DNA of 64,000 nucleotides. Source: a bacterium (GTDB lineage Bacteria > UBA8248). Numbering within the stretch: the stretch's first letter is position 1; every line of letters begins with the position of its first letter. Below the pieces are notes generated by a model. That model saw only the letters and a program-made list of their open reading frames with translations, was not told the origin of the DNA and searched no databases. The position numbers were made by a program, and so were the translations under genes. Location: the NCBI GenBank assembly GCA_965199855.1, contig OZ241326.1, forward strand, positions 1,888,001 through 1,952,000, written 5' to 3'. Shown here in pieces: positions 43,913 to 53,608 of this stretch.

Positions 43913-44141
43913 CTCGCGCGCATTTGCGCGCACCAGCCCGCATTTGCGGTGCGCGGACGCGCGCCCGGCGGGATATATTTCTGATGCGGGTGATGCGCCC
44001 GGCGATGCGGAAACGGAGGCGAAACGGGGTGGCTCAAAGGCCTGTCAAAAGGGTCGAAAAAAGGTCGCAAAAGGGTGGGAAATAGCTGTGAATTTGTCTT
44101 TATTTGTTCGTATTTGTCGAATTTTGCGGAAATTCCCGCGC
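43913..44141 (-). repeat. dispersed non-coding element, copy B (inverted relative to copy A)
   Basis: reverse complement shares blocks of 21/23, 16/16, 14/15, 14/14 and 15/15 nt with 33361-33602. Confidence 0.8.
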
Positions 44142-44210
44142 GGCTTCCTCCGGCCGGGCGGAAACCCTCCGCAGAAACGCCCCCGCCCCGAGAATTCTCC
44201 CGCGGCTCCC

Positions 44211-44476
44211 GTAGGGGCGATTCCCAAAAGGAAGCGAGAGCGCCGCAACGAGGAGGAGCGACGGCCGCAAGCCGCGTCGGCGGAAAACCCGGTTCCCGAC
44301 CTCCGCCAGAATCACGGGCTTTCGAGGCGGGGAGTGCTCTCCCCCCCTCTTTTTCCGATGCGAACGCCCCGGAAAACGGGCGGTTCCCGAACCGCCCCTA
44401 CGAAAAGACAACCACGGGGGACTGTCCCCGCCATCAATGGGAAACGATGGACGGGACGCAAGAATGCGTCCCCTAC
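44211..44476. repeat. cluster of GTAG-type REP-like palindromes
   Basis: GGGCGGTTC-CC-GAACCGCCC-CTAC (44378-44401), GGGACGCA-AGAA-TGCGTCCC-CTAC (44453-44476), opposite-strand GTAGGGGCG at 44211. Confidence 0.7.
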
Positions 44477-44679
44477 GGAGCCGGCTTTCCGGGAGGCGAG
44501 CGCCCCCTCCTCCCTGTCGCAAGCGAGACGGAAATGCCGCGCATCAGGGGTATTATTCTCAAATAAATCATATAATTAACCTCTTTAATTTAATATAACA
44601 CTCTAATTTTTCCCGCCTTCCTCGGTTTCATTTTCTCCTGATGCCCCGGTCTGTTCCCGTTTTTCGCCTGACAATTTGC

Positions 44680-44715
44680 TTGACAAGGGAAGCATACACT
44701 GTTAAATATATTTAA
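44680..44715 (+). promoter_or_regulatory. promoter with palindromic operator upstream of the DtxR-family gene
   Basis: TTGACA at 44680-44685; perfect palindrome TTAAATATATTTAA at 44702-44715 over the -10 region. Confidence 0.6.
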
Positions 44716-44767
44716 TTTTATTGCGGAAAATAAACAATCGCCGCTCATCTCGGAAGGAAACCGGCCC

Positions 44768-45316
44768 ATGACTTCACGACGCTCCTCCTCTTCCCTCTCC
44801 CCGAGCCTGGAGCACTACCTCCGCGCCATCCATGACCTGCAGGAGGCGAAGGGCTACGCGCGCGTGACGGACATCGCCTCCCTGCTGGGCGTGGCGAAGC
44901 CGGCCGTCTCGGCCGCCGTGAAGACGCTCCGCTCCAGCGGCCTCGTGTCCCATCGCATCTACGAGAGCATTCTTCTGACGGAAGAAGGCGAGAAGCGCGC
45001 GAAGGGCGTATCGGGCAAGTTCTCCGTTCTGATGCGCTTTCTCATAGACGTTCTGGGCGTGCCGGAAGATCGGGCCTTCGTGGACGCCTGCCTGATGGAG
45101 CACTACGTGAGCGGAAACTCCATCGACAGATTCCTCGATCTGCTGCGCTTCTTCGAGGAATCGGACAACCAGGAGGTTCTGGAGAAATTTCACCAGTTTC
45201 GCCGCTCGTGCGAGAGCGAGGACACGTGCCCGACCTGCTCCTACCATTGCGACATCAGCGTCATCGACTTCGATGATCTGGCGAAGAAAACCGGGCGGGC
45301 GCGCCAGCGGGTCTGA
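44768..45316 (+). CDS. DtxR/MntR-family metal-dependent regulator
   Basis: LSPSLEHYLRAI, ARVTDIA..LGV.KPAVS.AV..L, LTEEG, FL..VLGV, DACLMEH. Confidence 0.9.
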   Translation: MTSRRSSSSLSPSLEHYLRAIHDLQEAKGYARVTDIASLLGVAKPAVSAAVKTLRSSGLVSHRIYESILLTEEGEKRAKGVSGKFSVLMRFLIDVLGVPEDRAFVDACLMEHYVSGNSIDRFLDLLRFFEESDNQEVLEKFHQFRRSCESEDTCPTCSYHCDISVIDFDDLAKKTGRARQRV

Positions 45317-45433
45317 ATCCGGCTGTTTGCGCGGGAGGCTTATCGGATTTATCGCCCATTCGACTTCAGGACGATGCACCGCAAGCGGCTTTCCGGCCGA
45401 TTCCACAACCCTTCTCACAAGGAGACGCAGGCA

Positions 45434-46498
45434 ATGTTCGCTATGTTCCGCAGGGAGAAACGCGGGAAGTCCCTTCCCCTCCTCGCCGCCGTCGCCGCGC
45501 TCGTTCTGGGCGCGGCCGCGCCGGCCGCCTCAGAGAACGAAGTCAACCTCTACTCCTACCGCCAGCCCTTTCTCATCAAGCCGATTCTGAAGGAATTCAC
45601 CGACAAGACGGGCATCAAGACCAACGTCGTCTTTGCGAAAAAGGGGATGCTGGAGAAGATCAAGGCGACCCCCGGGGCGGCCGACGCCGTGCTGACGGTG
45701 GACATCGGGCGCCTGCACGACCTGGACGAGGCCGGGCTGCTCCAGCCGGTGCGCTCGAAGACGCTGGAGAAGAACATCCCCGCGTCCTGGCGCCACCCGA
45801 AGGGGCGCTGGTTCGGCCTCACCCTGCGCGGGCGCGTCATCTACGCCAGCAAGGCGCGCGTGAAGCCCGGCGAGATCACCCGCTACGAGGACCTCGCGGA
45901 TCCCAAATGGAGGGGCCGCATCTGCATCCGCTCCGGCAAGCACCTCTACAACATCTCGCTGTTCGCCTCCATCATCGCCCACAAGGGCGAGGCCGCGGCG
46001 AAGAAGTGGCTGACCGGCCTGAAATCCAACCTGGCCCGCAAGCCCAGCGGCAACGACCGGGCGCAGGCGAAGGGCATTTACGCCGGAGAGTGCGATCTCG
46101 GAGTGGGCAACACGTATTACATGGGCAAAATGACGACGAACAAGAAGAACAAGGAGCAGCAGAAGTGGGCGAAGGCGATATACCTCGTTTTCCCCAACCA
46201 GAAGGACAGGGGCGCCCACGTCAACATCAGCGGCGCCGCCGTCACCAGGCACGCGAAAAACCGGGCGAACGCGATCCGGCTCATCGAGTTCCTGAGCGAG
46301 GACCACGCCCAGAAGCTGTACGCGGACCAGAATTTTGAATATCCTCTGAAGAAGGGAGTCAAGACGTCCTCCCTGGTCGATTCCTGGGGCAAGTTCAAGG
46401 CGGACGCCATCAGCCTGTCCAAGGTGGCGAACCAGCGGGCGCTCGCCTCCAGGCTGGTCGATCAGGTCGATTTCAACAACTTCCGACCCAGCAACTAG
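45434..46498 (+). CDS. Fe(III) ABC transporter substrate-binding protein (FutA/FbpA-like)
   Basis: signal peptide, VNLYSYRQ, LTVDIGRL, WFGLTLRGR, GNDRAQ.K, NTYY. Confidence 0.92.
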   Translation: MFAMFRREKRGKSLPLLAAVAALVLGAAAPAASENEVNLYSYRQPFLIKPILKEFTDKTGIKTNVVFAKKGMLEKIKATPGAADAVLTVDIGRLHDLDEAGLLQPVRSKTLEKNIPASWRHPKGRWFGLTLRGRVIYASKARVKPGEITRYEDLADPKWRGRICIRSGKHLYNISLFASIIAHKGEAAAKKWLTGLKSNLARKPSGNDRAQAKGIYAGECDLGVGNTYYMGKMTTNKKNKEQQKWAKAIYLVFPNQKDRGAHVNISGAAVTRHAKNRANAIRLIEFLSEDHAQKLYADQNFEYPLKKGVKTSSLVDSWGKFKADAISLSKVANQRALASRLVDQVDFNNFRPSN

Positions 46499-46510
46499 CC
46501 GGCGGTAGCG

Positions 46511-46570
46511 CGAAGACCCCAAAGGCCCTAACATCCCCCCTCGGCGGGGACGGGGCTTTTGGGGGCTTCG
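46511..46570 (+). other. long intercistronic hairpin after the binding-protein gene
   Basis: CGAAGACCCCAAAGGCCC pairs with GGGCTTTTGGGGGCTTCG; position typical of an mRNA-stabilising or attenuating stem. Confidence 0.6.
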
Positions 46571-46688
46571 CCTATGGCGCGGGGGAAGATCCACGGAGAA
46601 GCCTTCTCGTCCCGGACGCACATTTTGCCATGGCGACAACACACCTGACTCGCGTTCCCTATATCACCGCCTTCGCGATCGGCATGGA

Positions 46689-48386
46689 ATGAGCGCGGAC
46701 GCGGATCGCATGGACGCCCTTCCGGGGCGCGCGAACGGGCGGCTTGGGCTGGATTTGTGGACGGGCGGGACCCTTCTGCTCGCATTTTTCATCGCGGCTC
46801 CGCTCCTCTCCGTCGCGTTCTTCGCGCTTCAGCCCAGCGGCGACATCTGGCGCCACCTGGCCGCAACCGTCCTGCCGCGCTACGTGAAGACCACCATCGC
46901 CCTGATGCTCGGCGTCGGGGCCGGCGCGCTGGTCATCGGAACGTGCGGCGCGTGGCTCGTGACGCTGTGCCGCTTCCCGGGACGGCGAATCTTCGAGTGG
47001 GCGCTTCTCCTGCCCCTGGCGATGCCCTCCTACGTCGTGGCCTACGTCTATACCGACGTCTTCGAGTTCGCGGGACCGGCGCAGGAGGCGCTGCGGGAAA
47101 TTTTCGGGTGGGAATCGGGGCGGGACTACTGGTTTCCGGAAATACGCTCTCTCGGCGGCGCGATTTTCGTGATGACGATTACGCTCTACCCCTACGTGTA
47201 TCTGCTCGCGCGCGTCGCCTTCATGCAGCAGTCGGTCTGCATCCTGGAAGTCAGCAGGACGCTGGGCAAAACGGCCTGGCGAAGCTTCTTCTCCATCGCC
47301 CTGCCCCTGGCCCGCCCCTCCCTCGTCATCGGGGTGAGCCTCGTTCTCATGGAGGCGCTGAACGACTTCGGAACGGCGGATTTCTTCGCCGTGGAGACGC
47401 TCACGGCGGGCATTTTCGACGTCTGGCTCAACGCGAACAACCTCCCGGGCGCCGCGCAGCTCTCCGTCGTCGCCCTGGGCTTCGTCCTGCTTCTGCTGTG
47501 GGCGGAGCGAACGTCGCGCAGGGAGCGGAGGTATCACCACACGTCCGCCAGGTATCAGGCGCTTCCGAGCTACCGGCTCGGGAGCGCGAAGGCGCTGGGC
47601 GCGGCCGCCGCCTGCCTGCTCCCGATCTGCTTCGGGTTCATTCTCCCCGCGTCCGTTCTGGCGAATTACGCCCTGTCGTTTTATGAAGAAAGCTTTTCGC
47701 ACAATTTCCATTCCACCCTCTCCAACAGCCTGGCGCTGGCGTCGTTCAGCGCGCTGCTCTGCGCGGGCGCGGGCGTTTTTCTGGCCTACGGCGTCCGCCT
47801 GAAGGGGAGCCCGGCGCTCCGCTCGGCCGCCCGGTTCGCCAGCGTCGGATACGCCGTTCCGGGCGCGGTGCTCGCCGTCGGCGTCCTGATTCCCATGGGC
47901 AAGATGGACGTCGCCATCCAGGGGCTTCTCAAGGGAGCCTTCGGCGCATCGGTCGGCCTGCTCTTCAGCGGCACGCTCCTCGCCGTCAGCTACGGCTACG
48001 CGGCGCGCTTCCTGGCGCTTTCCTACGGCGCGGTGGAATCCAGCCTGCTGAGGATTACGCCAAACATGGACGGCGCCGCCCGGACGCTGGGCATGAGCCC
48101 CGCCAAGACCCTCCGGCGCGTTCACCTGCCCATGATTCGGGGCGGCGTCCTGGCCGCGGCCATTCTGGTGTTCGTCGATACGATGAAGGAGCTGCCCATG
48201 ACGATCATCCTGCGCCCGTTCAACTTCGAGACGCTGGCCACCCAGGTTCACCAGCTGGCCTCGGACGAACTGCTGGAGGAAAGCGCGCTGGGCGCGCTGA
48301 GCATCGCCGCGGCGGGGCTTTTGCCCGTCATCTACCTGAGCCGGACCATCCGGAGCGCGCGTCCGGGAAGCGGCGGCGGGGATTGA
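46689..48386 (+). CDS. Fe(III) ABC transporter permease (FutB/FbpB-like)
   Basis: LPLAMPSYVVAYVY, LPLARP, MEALNDFG, MKELP.T..LRPFNFETLA. Confidence 0.93.
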   Translation: MSADADRMDALPGRANGRLGLDLWTGGTLLLAFFIAAPLLSVAFFALQPSGDIWRHLAATVLPRYVKTTIALMLGVGAGALVIGTCGAWLVTLCRFPGRRIFEWALLLPLAMPSYVVAYVYTDVFEFAGPAQEALREIFGWESGRDYWFPEIRSLGGAIFVMTITLYPYVYLLARVAFMQQSVCILEVSRTLGKTAWRSFFSIALPLARPSLVIGVSLVLMEALNDFGTADFFAVETLTAGIFDVWLNANNLPGAAQLSVVALGFVLLLLWAERTSRRERRYHHTSARYQALPSYRLGSAKALGAAAACLLPICFGFILPASVLANYALSFYEESFSHNFHSTLSNSLALASFSALLCAGAGVFLAYGVRLKGSPALRSAARFASVGYAVPGAVLAVGVLIPMGKMDVAIQGLLKGAFGASVGLLFSGTLLAVSYGYAARFLALSYGAVESSLLRITPNMDGAARTLGMSPAKTLRRVHLPMIRGGVLAAAILVFVDTMKELPMTIILRPFNFETLATQVHQLASDELLEESALGALSIAAAGLLPVIYLSRTIRSARPGSGGGD

Positions 48387-48389
48387 CGG

Positions 48390-49463
48390 ATGGCCAGACT
48401 CGAGATTGAGACCATATCCCATTCCTATGGGGCGAAGGCCGTCATCGAGGATTTGTCCCTCACCGTCGAGGCGGGAGAAATCGCCTGCCTGCTGGGGCCC
48501 TCCGGCTGCGGCAAGACGACGCTGCTGCGCCTGGTGGCGGGGCTCGCGCCCCTGCAGTCGGGAAGGATCCGCCTCGACGGGAACGCCGCGTCGGACCCCG
48601 CGCGCGGCGTCCAGGCGCCGCCCGAGAAGCGGGGCGTCGGCTTCATGTTCCAGGACTACGCGCTCTTCCCCCACCTGGACGTTTTTCGCAACATCATCTT
48701 CGGCGTTGACGACCCCTCGCCGCAGAAGCTCGCCGAAATACAGCGCGCCATGATCCAGATGGACATCGTGGAGCTCACGAACGCCTATCCCCACACCCTT
48801 TCGGGCGGCCAGCAGCAGCGCGTCGCCCTCCTTCGGGCGCTGGCGCCCGCCCCGAGGCTCCTCCTGCTGGACGAGCCCTTCTCCGGCCTCGACGTCAACC
48901 TCCGCGCCCAGGTGCGCGAGGACACGCTGGGGCTGATCAGGCAGACGGGCGTCACCACGCTGATGGTCACGCACGACCCCCAGGAGGCCATGTACCTGGC
49001 GGATCGCATTCTGGTCATGCGGGAGGGCAGGCTCGAGCAGAGCGGCTCGCCGCGCGAAATCTACCAGTTTCCCGCCACGGAGTTCGCCGCCCGCTTCGTG
49101 GGACAGACGAACATTCTCCAGGGCATCGTTCTCTCGAACCGGGACGACGAGGTGATGACGACCATCGGCGCCGTGCCGTGCCTCTCCATGCGCGGCCTCG
49201 AATTCGGCGCGGACGCCTTCATCTCGATTCGCCCCGAGAGCTTCGAGATCGACCCGAACGGCCCTTTCCGGGGCGAAATCCGCAGCATTCGCTACGCGGG
49301 GCAGTCGGTGATGCTGGAAGTCGAGGTGCTCGGCGAAATCGGCGGGGGACGCCGGCTGAAAATGCGCGTCCACCCGAACCTGCGGGCGGACGTGGGCGAG
49401 GAGATCAGGTTCCGCGTCATGCCGGACTTCGTCACGGTGATTGAAGACCCGCTCGGCGATTGA
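48390..49463 (+). CDS. Fe(III) ABC transporter ATP-binding protein (FbpC-like)
   Basis: GPSGCGKT, FQDYALFPHL, LSGGQQQR, LLDEPF, TOBE-like C-terminus. Confidence 0.93.
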   Translation: MARLEIETISHSYGAKAVIEDLSLTVEAGEIACLLGPSGCGKTTLLRLVAGLAPLQSGRIRLDGNAASDPARGVQAPPEKRGVGFMFQDYALFPHLDVFRNIIFGVDDPSPQKLAEIQRAMIQMDIVELTNAYPHTLSGGQQQRVALLRALAPAPRLLLLDEPFSGLDVNLRAQVREDTLGLIRQTGVTTLMVTHDPQEAMYLADRILVMREGRLEQSGSPREIYQFPATEFAARFVGQTNILQGIVLSNRDDEVMTTIGAVPCLSMRGLEFGADAFISIRPESFEIDPNGPFRGEIRSIRYAGQSVMLEVEVLGEIGGGRRLKMRVHPNLRADVGEEIRFRVMPDFVTVIEDPLGD

Positions 49464-49601
49464 CGGCGCTTCCAGGAGCGCGCCGACGGGCAATTCCGGA
49501 AAAAATCGGACGCCGGCCGCCTCGTCCCGCGCGCCGCTTCCGGCGGTCCGCCGTCAAGCGCGAGAGGCCCGGCGAAGCGACCCGCCGGCGTCAGGGACGG
49601 G

Positions 49602-50618
49602 TTATTTCAGCCCCTGCCGGACTTTCGGGAACATTTCCTCGGCCATCATCTGCATCGTCTCCAGGACGAGGGACTGGGGCATCCCCGGCCACTGAACGCT
49701 CATGACGAGGTGGTTCACGCCGAGCGCCGCCAGCCCCAGCACGCCTTCGGCGACCTCGTCCGGCGAGCCGAGGAGGAACCTGTCCTTCAGCAGGTCGTCG
49801 AACTGCTGGCCCAGGTCGTCGTCCCTCTCGGGCATGGCCCTGTCCTGCCCCCAGCGGTGGTATTCGCGGTATTTGACTTCGAGACAGGGCCTGCTGAGGC
49901 GTATCGCCTCCGCCCTGTCCCTGGCGACGAACACCTCGCGCCGCATCGGGAACTCGTCGGGAAAGGGCTTGCCGAGATCGTCCAGCGCCCGGCGGTAAAG
50001 CGCGATCTGGCGCCTCGTCGTGTCGAGCCGGTTGTGCGGGTTCACGTAGTAGCAGTCGCCCAGCCTCGCCGCGCGGCGTATCCCCGCGTCGCTGTTCGCC
50101 CCGATCCAGACGGGCGGGTGGGGCTTCTGAACGGGCTTCAGGGAGCAGGACGCCTCGACCAGCTCGAAGTGCGAGCCCTTCATCGACACCGCATCTTCCG
50201 TCCAGAGGCGCTTGACGGCCTCCAGGTTCTCCTCCAGGCGCCCCGCCCGCTCCTTCCGCGTCGTGCCGAAGCCCCTGAACTCCACCTCGCGGTAGCCGAG
50301 CCCGACGCCGAAGATGAGCTTTCCGTTCGACATCACGTCGATCGTCGCCAGCTGCTCCGCGATATCCATCGGCTTGTGGAGCGAGAGGAGCACGATGCCC
50401 GCGTTGAGCCGCAGGCTCGGCGCCTCCGCGCTGACGCGGGCGAGAAAGGGCAGCTGCTGAAAATCCTGGAGCGGACGCGCGCTGTAGTGGCTCCCCTTGG
50501 TGAGGGACGAGAAGCCCAGCGCCTCGGCCCGCCGCGCCTGCTCCAGCAGCTCGCCGAAGCGCGTCCGCATGTCGTCCTCTCCGGTGAACTGCCCTCTCAG
50601 CATCAGGCCGAACCGCAT
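49602..50618 (-). CDS. luciferase-like monooxygenase (LLM) family oxidoreductase
   Basis: AEQLATIDVMSNGKLIFGVGLGYR..EF, PVQKPHPPVWIGA, RAARLGD, GSPDEV. Confidence 0.88.
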   Translation of the reverse strand: MRFGLMLRGQFTGEDDMRTRFGELLEQARRAEALGFSSLTKGSHYSARPLQDFQQLPFLARVSAEAPSLRLNAGIVLLSLHKPMDIAEQLATIDVMSNGKLIFGVGLGYREVEFRGFGTTRKERAGRLEENLEAVKRLWTEDAVSMKGSHFELVEASCSLKPVQKPHPPVWIGANSDAGIRRAARLGDCYYVNPHNRLDTTRRQIALYRRALDDLGKPFPDEFPMRREVFVARDRAEAIRLSRPCLEVKYREYHRWGQDRAMPERDDDLGQQFDDLLKDRFLLGSPDEVAEGVLGLAALGVNHLVMSVQWPGMPQSLVLETMQMMAEEMFPKVRQGLK

Positions 50619-50683
50619 TTTCGCTTCCTTCGCAAGGGGAAGCCACGCTTCATGCCGCCCCGGATGAACGGCGCCGACCGCCG

Positions 50684-53500
50684 CTACGACCTTCCGCAGC
50701 AGTGCTTGTATTTTCTTCCGCTGCCGCAGGGGCACGGCTCGTTGCGGCCGACCTTGGGCGCGGCGCGCCTCACGGGGGCGGCCGTCGGCATCGCCTCGCC
50801 CGCCGGATCGGCCCCGAACCCCGAGGCGTCCGCGTGGGAGAACACCATGTCCTGCTCATGGCGCGATTCCTCCAGGGCTGCGTCCTCGTCCGAGACGTCG
50901 AGCCGATACATATACAGAACCGTCTCCGCCTCGATCCTCTCCGTCATCGTCTCGAACATGTCGAACGCTTCTTTCTTGTATTCATTCAGGGGGTTCACCT
51001 GGGCGTAGCCCCGCAGCCCGATTCCCTCCTTGAGCTGCTCGATGCTGGTGAGGTGATCCTTCCACTGCGCGTCGAGTATCTGAATGTAGATGAGCTTCGC
51101 GAGCTCCAGAACGTTTTCGGCGTCGAAATCCCCGTATTTGCGCTCCAGGACCGCCAGGATGAAGTCCCGAACCCGCTGGAAGAGCTCCTCCCGCGGCTCC
51201 TCCTCGACGTCCGCCACCATCGGCTCGGCGGCCGAGAAAACGACCTTTCGCCCCTCCACGGTCGCCGGGACGCCGTATTGGCTCTCCACGGCGCCCGCGA
51301 ACGCCTCCACGTCCCACTCCTCGAAGTGCTCTTCTTCCGGCAGGCGCAGGTCGAAGATGGAATCGAGCAGCGCCGACGCCATCTCCCTGATCCGGTCGAG
51401 CATGTCGGTCGATTCGAGAATCTCGCGCCGCATCGAATAGATGACCTCGCGCTGCCTGTTCATCACGTCGTCGTATTCGAGAAGGTGCTTTCGCATCTCG
51501 AAATGGTGCGCCTCCACGCGCTTCTGGGCGTTCTCGATGGCGCGCGTCACCATTCCGGCCTCGATGGGCACGCCCTCCTCCATCCCCAGCCTCTCCATCA
51601 GTCCCTTGATTCTGTCGGAGCCGAAAATGCGCAGCAAATCATCCTCGAGGGAGAGGAAGAAGCGCGAGCTGCCCGGGTCTCCCTGCCTGCCCGAGCGCCC
51701 CCGCAGCTGGTTGTCGATGCGGCGGCTCTCGTGCCTTTCGGTGCCCACGACGTGAAGCCCGCCCAGCCGGACCACCTCCTCGTGCTCCTTCGCGCAGGAG
51801 GCGCGAAAAGCCTCGAGCGCCTCCTCGTATTCGGGCCCTTCGCCCGCCTTCGCCTTCGACGCGGCGAGAAACTCCGGGTTTCCGCCGAGCAGGATGTCCG
51901 TTCCCCGGCCCGCCATGTTCGTGGAGATGGTGACGCCCCCCCTGCGCCCCGCCTGGGCGATGATTTCCGCCTCCCTGCCGTGGTTCTTCGCGTTGAGCAC
52001 GTGGTGCGGAATGCCTCTTCTCCTGAGGAGCGAGGCGAGCCTCTCGCTCTTCTCGATGTTGATCGTGCCCACCAGCACGGGCCGGCCGGCCTCGTGGCAC
52101 CCGGCTATCTCCTCCACGACGGCGTCCGTCTTCTCCCGCTCCGTGCGATAGACGACGTCGGGATGCTCGGTGCGAATCAGCTCGCGGTTCGTCGGAACGA
52201 CGGCCACGTCTATCTTGTAGGTGGAGTTGAACTCCGCCGCCTCGGTGTCCGCCGTTCCCGTCATGCCGGCCAGCTTGCCGTAGAGTCTGAAGTAATTCTG
52301 GAAGGTGATGGTCGCCAGGGTCATGTTCTCTTCCTGCACCCTGACGCCCTCTTTCGCCTCCAGCGCCTGGTGCAGTCCGTCGCTGAAGCGGCGGCCGGGC
52401 GTCATGCGCCCCGTGAATTCATCGACGAGGACGACCTCGCCGTCCTTCACCACGTAGTCGACGTCCTTGTTGAACAGCACGTGCGCCTTGAGCGCCTGCT
52501 CCACGTGGTGCAGCGCCGTGATGCTGCCCATGTCGTAAAGGCTCTGGCCGCTCGCCAGGACGCCCGAGCGGCGCAGAAGCTTCTCCGCCTCATGCCCGCC
52601 CGCCTCCTTGAGGTTCACCGTCCGGCTCTTGTCGTCGACGATCAGGTATTCATACTTCTTCTTGCTTACAAGGTCCTTGCCGCCCTCTACGTAGTCGTCG
52701 TCTTCCGCGACTTCCTCGACGACGCCCTCCAGCTCCTTCAGCAGCGGGCGGATCACGCGGTTCACGACGCCATACAGGCGGGTGGCCTCATCCGCCGGCC
52801 CGCTGATGATGAGGGGCGTTCGGGCCTCGTCGATGAGGATGCTGTCCACCTCGTCCACGATGGCGTAGTTGAGCTCGCGCATGACGCAGCTGCCGGGCTC
52901 GAACTTCATGTTGTCTCTCAGGTAGTCGAAGCCGAATTCGTTGTTGGTGCCGTACGTGATGTCGCAGGCGTAGGCGCGGCGGCGCGCGTCGTCGTCCATC
53001 TCGTGCTGAATGCACCCGACCGTGAGGCCGAGCGAGCGGAACAGGCGGCCCATCCACTCGGAATCGCGCTTTGCGAGATAGTCGTTCACCGTGACGATGT
53101 GCACGCCCCTGCCCTCCAGGGCGTTGAGATAGGCCGCGAGCGTGGCGACGAGGGTCTTGCCCTCCCCCGTCTTCATCTCGGCGATTTTTCCGCCGTGGAG
53201 GATGGCGCCCCCGATGAGCTGAACGTCGAAGTGCCGCATCCGGAGGCGTCGCCGGCCCGCCTCGCGCACCAGGGCGAACGCTTCGGGCAGAATCTCGTCC
53301 AGGGTCTCGCCGGCGGCGAGGCGCTCCCGGAAGCGATCCGTCTCCTCGCGCATCCCGGCGTCGGTCATCTCCTGAACGCGGGATTCGCGGGAGTTTATCT
53401 CCTCGACTATCGGCCGCAGCTTTCTGATGAGGCGCTCGTTCGCCGTTCCGAACACGGATTTGAACGCCGACATGCCTGACTGAAGAACCGACCCGGCCAT
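50684..53500 (-). CDS. secA: preprotein translocase SecA
   Basis: AEMKTGEGKT, DEVDSILIDEARTPLIISG, ESRRIDNQLRGRSGRQGDPG, SEC-C CPCGSGRKYKHCC. Confidence 0.98.
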   Translation of the reverse strand: MAGSVLQSGMSAFKSVFGTANERLIRKLRPIVEEINSRESRVQEMTDAGMREETDRFRERLAAGETLDEILPEAFALVREAGRRRLRMRHFDVQLIGGAILHGGKIAEMKTGEGKTLVATLAAYLNALEGRGVHIVTVNDYLAKRDSEWMGRLFRSLGLTVGCIQHEMDDDARRRAYACDITYGTNNEFGFDYLRDNMKFEPGSCVMRELNYAIVDEVDSILIDEARTPLIISGPADEATRLYGVVNRVIRPLLKELEGVVEEVAEDDDYVEGGKDLVSKKKYEYLIVDDKSRTVNLKEAGGHEAEKLLRRSGVLASGQSLYDMGSITALHHVEQALKAHVLFNKDVDYVVKDGEVVLVDEFTGRMTPGRRFSDGLHQALEAKEGVRVQEENMTLATITFQNYFRLYGKLAGMTGTADTEAAEFNSTYKIDVAVVPTNRELIRTEHPDVVYRTEREKTDAVVEEIAGCHEAGRPVLVGTINIEKSERLASLLRRRGIPHHVLNAKNHGREAEIIAQAGRRGGVTISTNMAGRGTDILLGGNPEFLAASKAKAGEGPEYEEALEAFRASCAKEHEEVVRLGGLHVVGTERHESRRIDNQLRGRSGRQGDPGSSRFFLSLEDDLLRIFGSDRIKGLMERLGMEEGVPIEAGMVTRAIENAQKRVEAHHFEMRKHLLEYDDVMNRQREVIYSMRREILESTDMLDRIREMASALLDSIFDLRLPEEEHFEEWDVEAFAGAVESQYGVPATVEGRKVVFSAAEPMVADVEEEPREELFQRVRDFILAVLERKYGDFDAENVLELAKLIYIQILDAQWKDHLTSIEQLKEGIGLRGYAQVNPLNEYKKEAFDMFETMTERIEAETVLYMYRLDVSDEDAALEESRHEQDMVFSHADASGFGADPAGEAMPTAAPVRRAAPKVGRNEPCPCGSGRKYKHCCGRS

Positions 53501-53608
53501 TCACCGCTCCCTTGGCGATTCACGCGCGCGAATGGGGCTTCACGCGCGGGGGAGACTATCACGGCGCATGAAGGAGAAAAAGCGGATATCGAAGGCGGTG
53601 GACGCGAG

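Noticed and set aside
43773-44579. 268-aa ORF, and the 262-aa ORF at 33456-34244
   Set aside because: No recognisable motifs; they overlap non-coding repeats or lie antisense to a real gene
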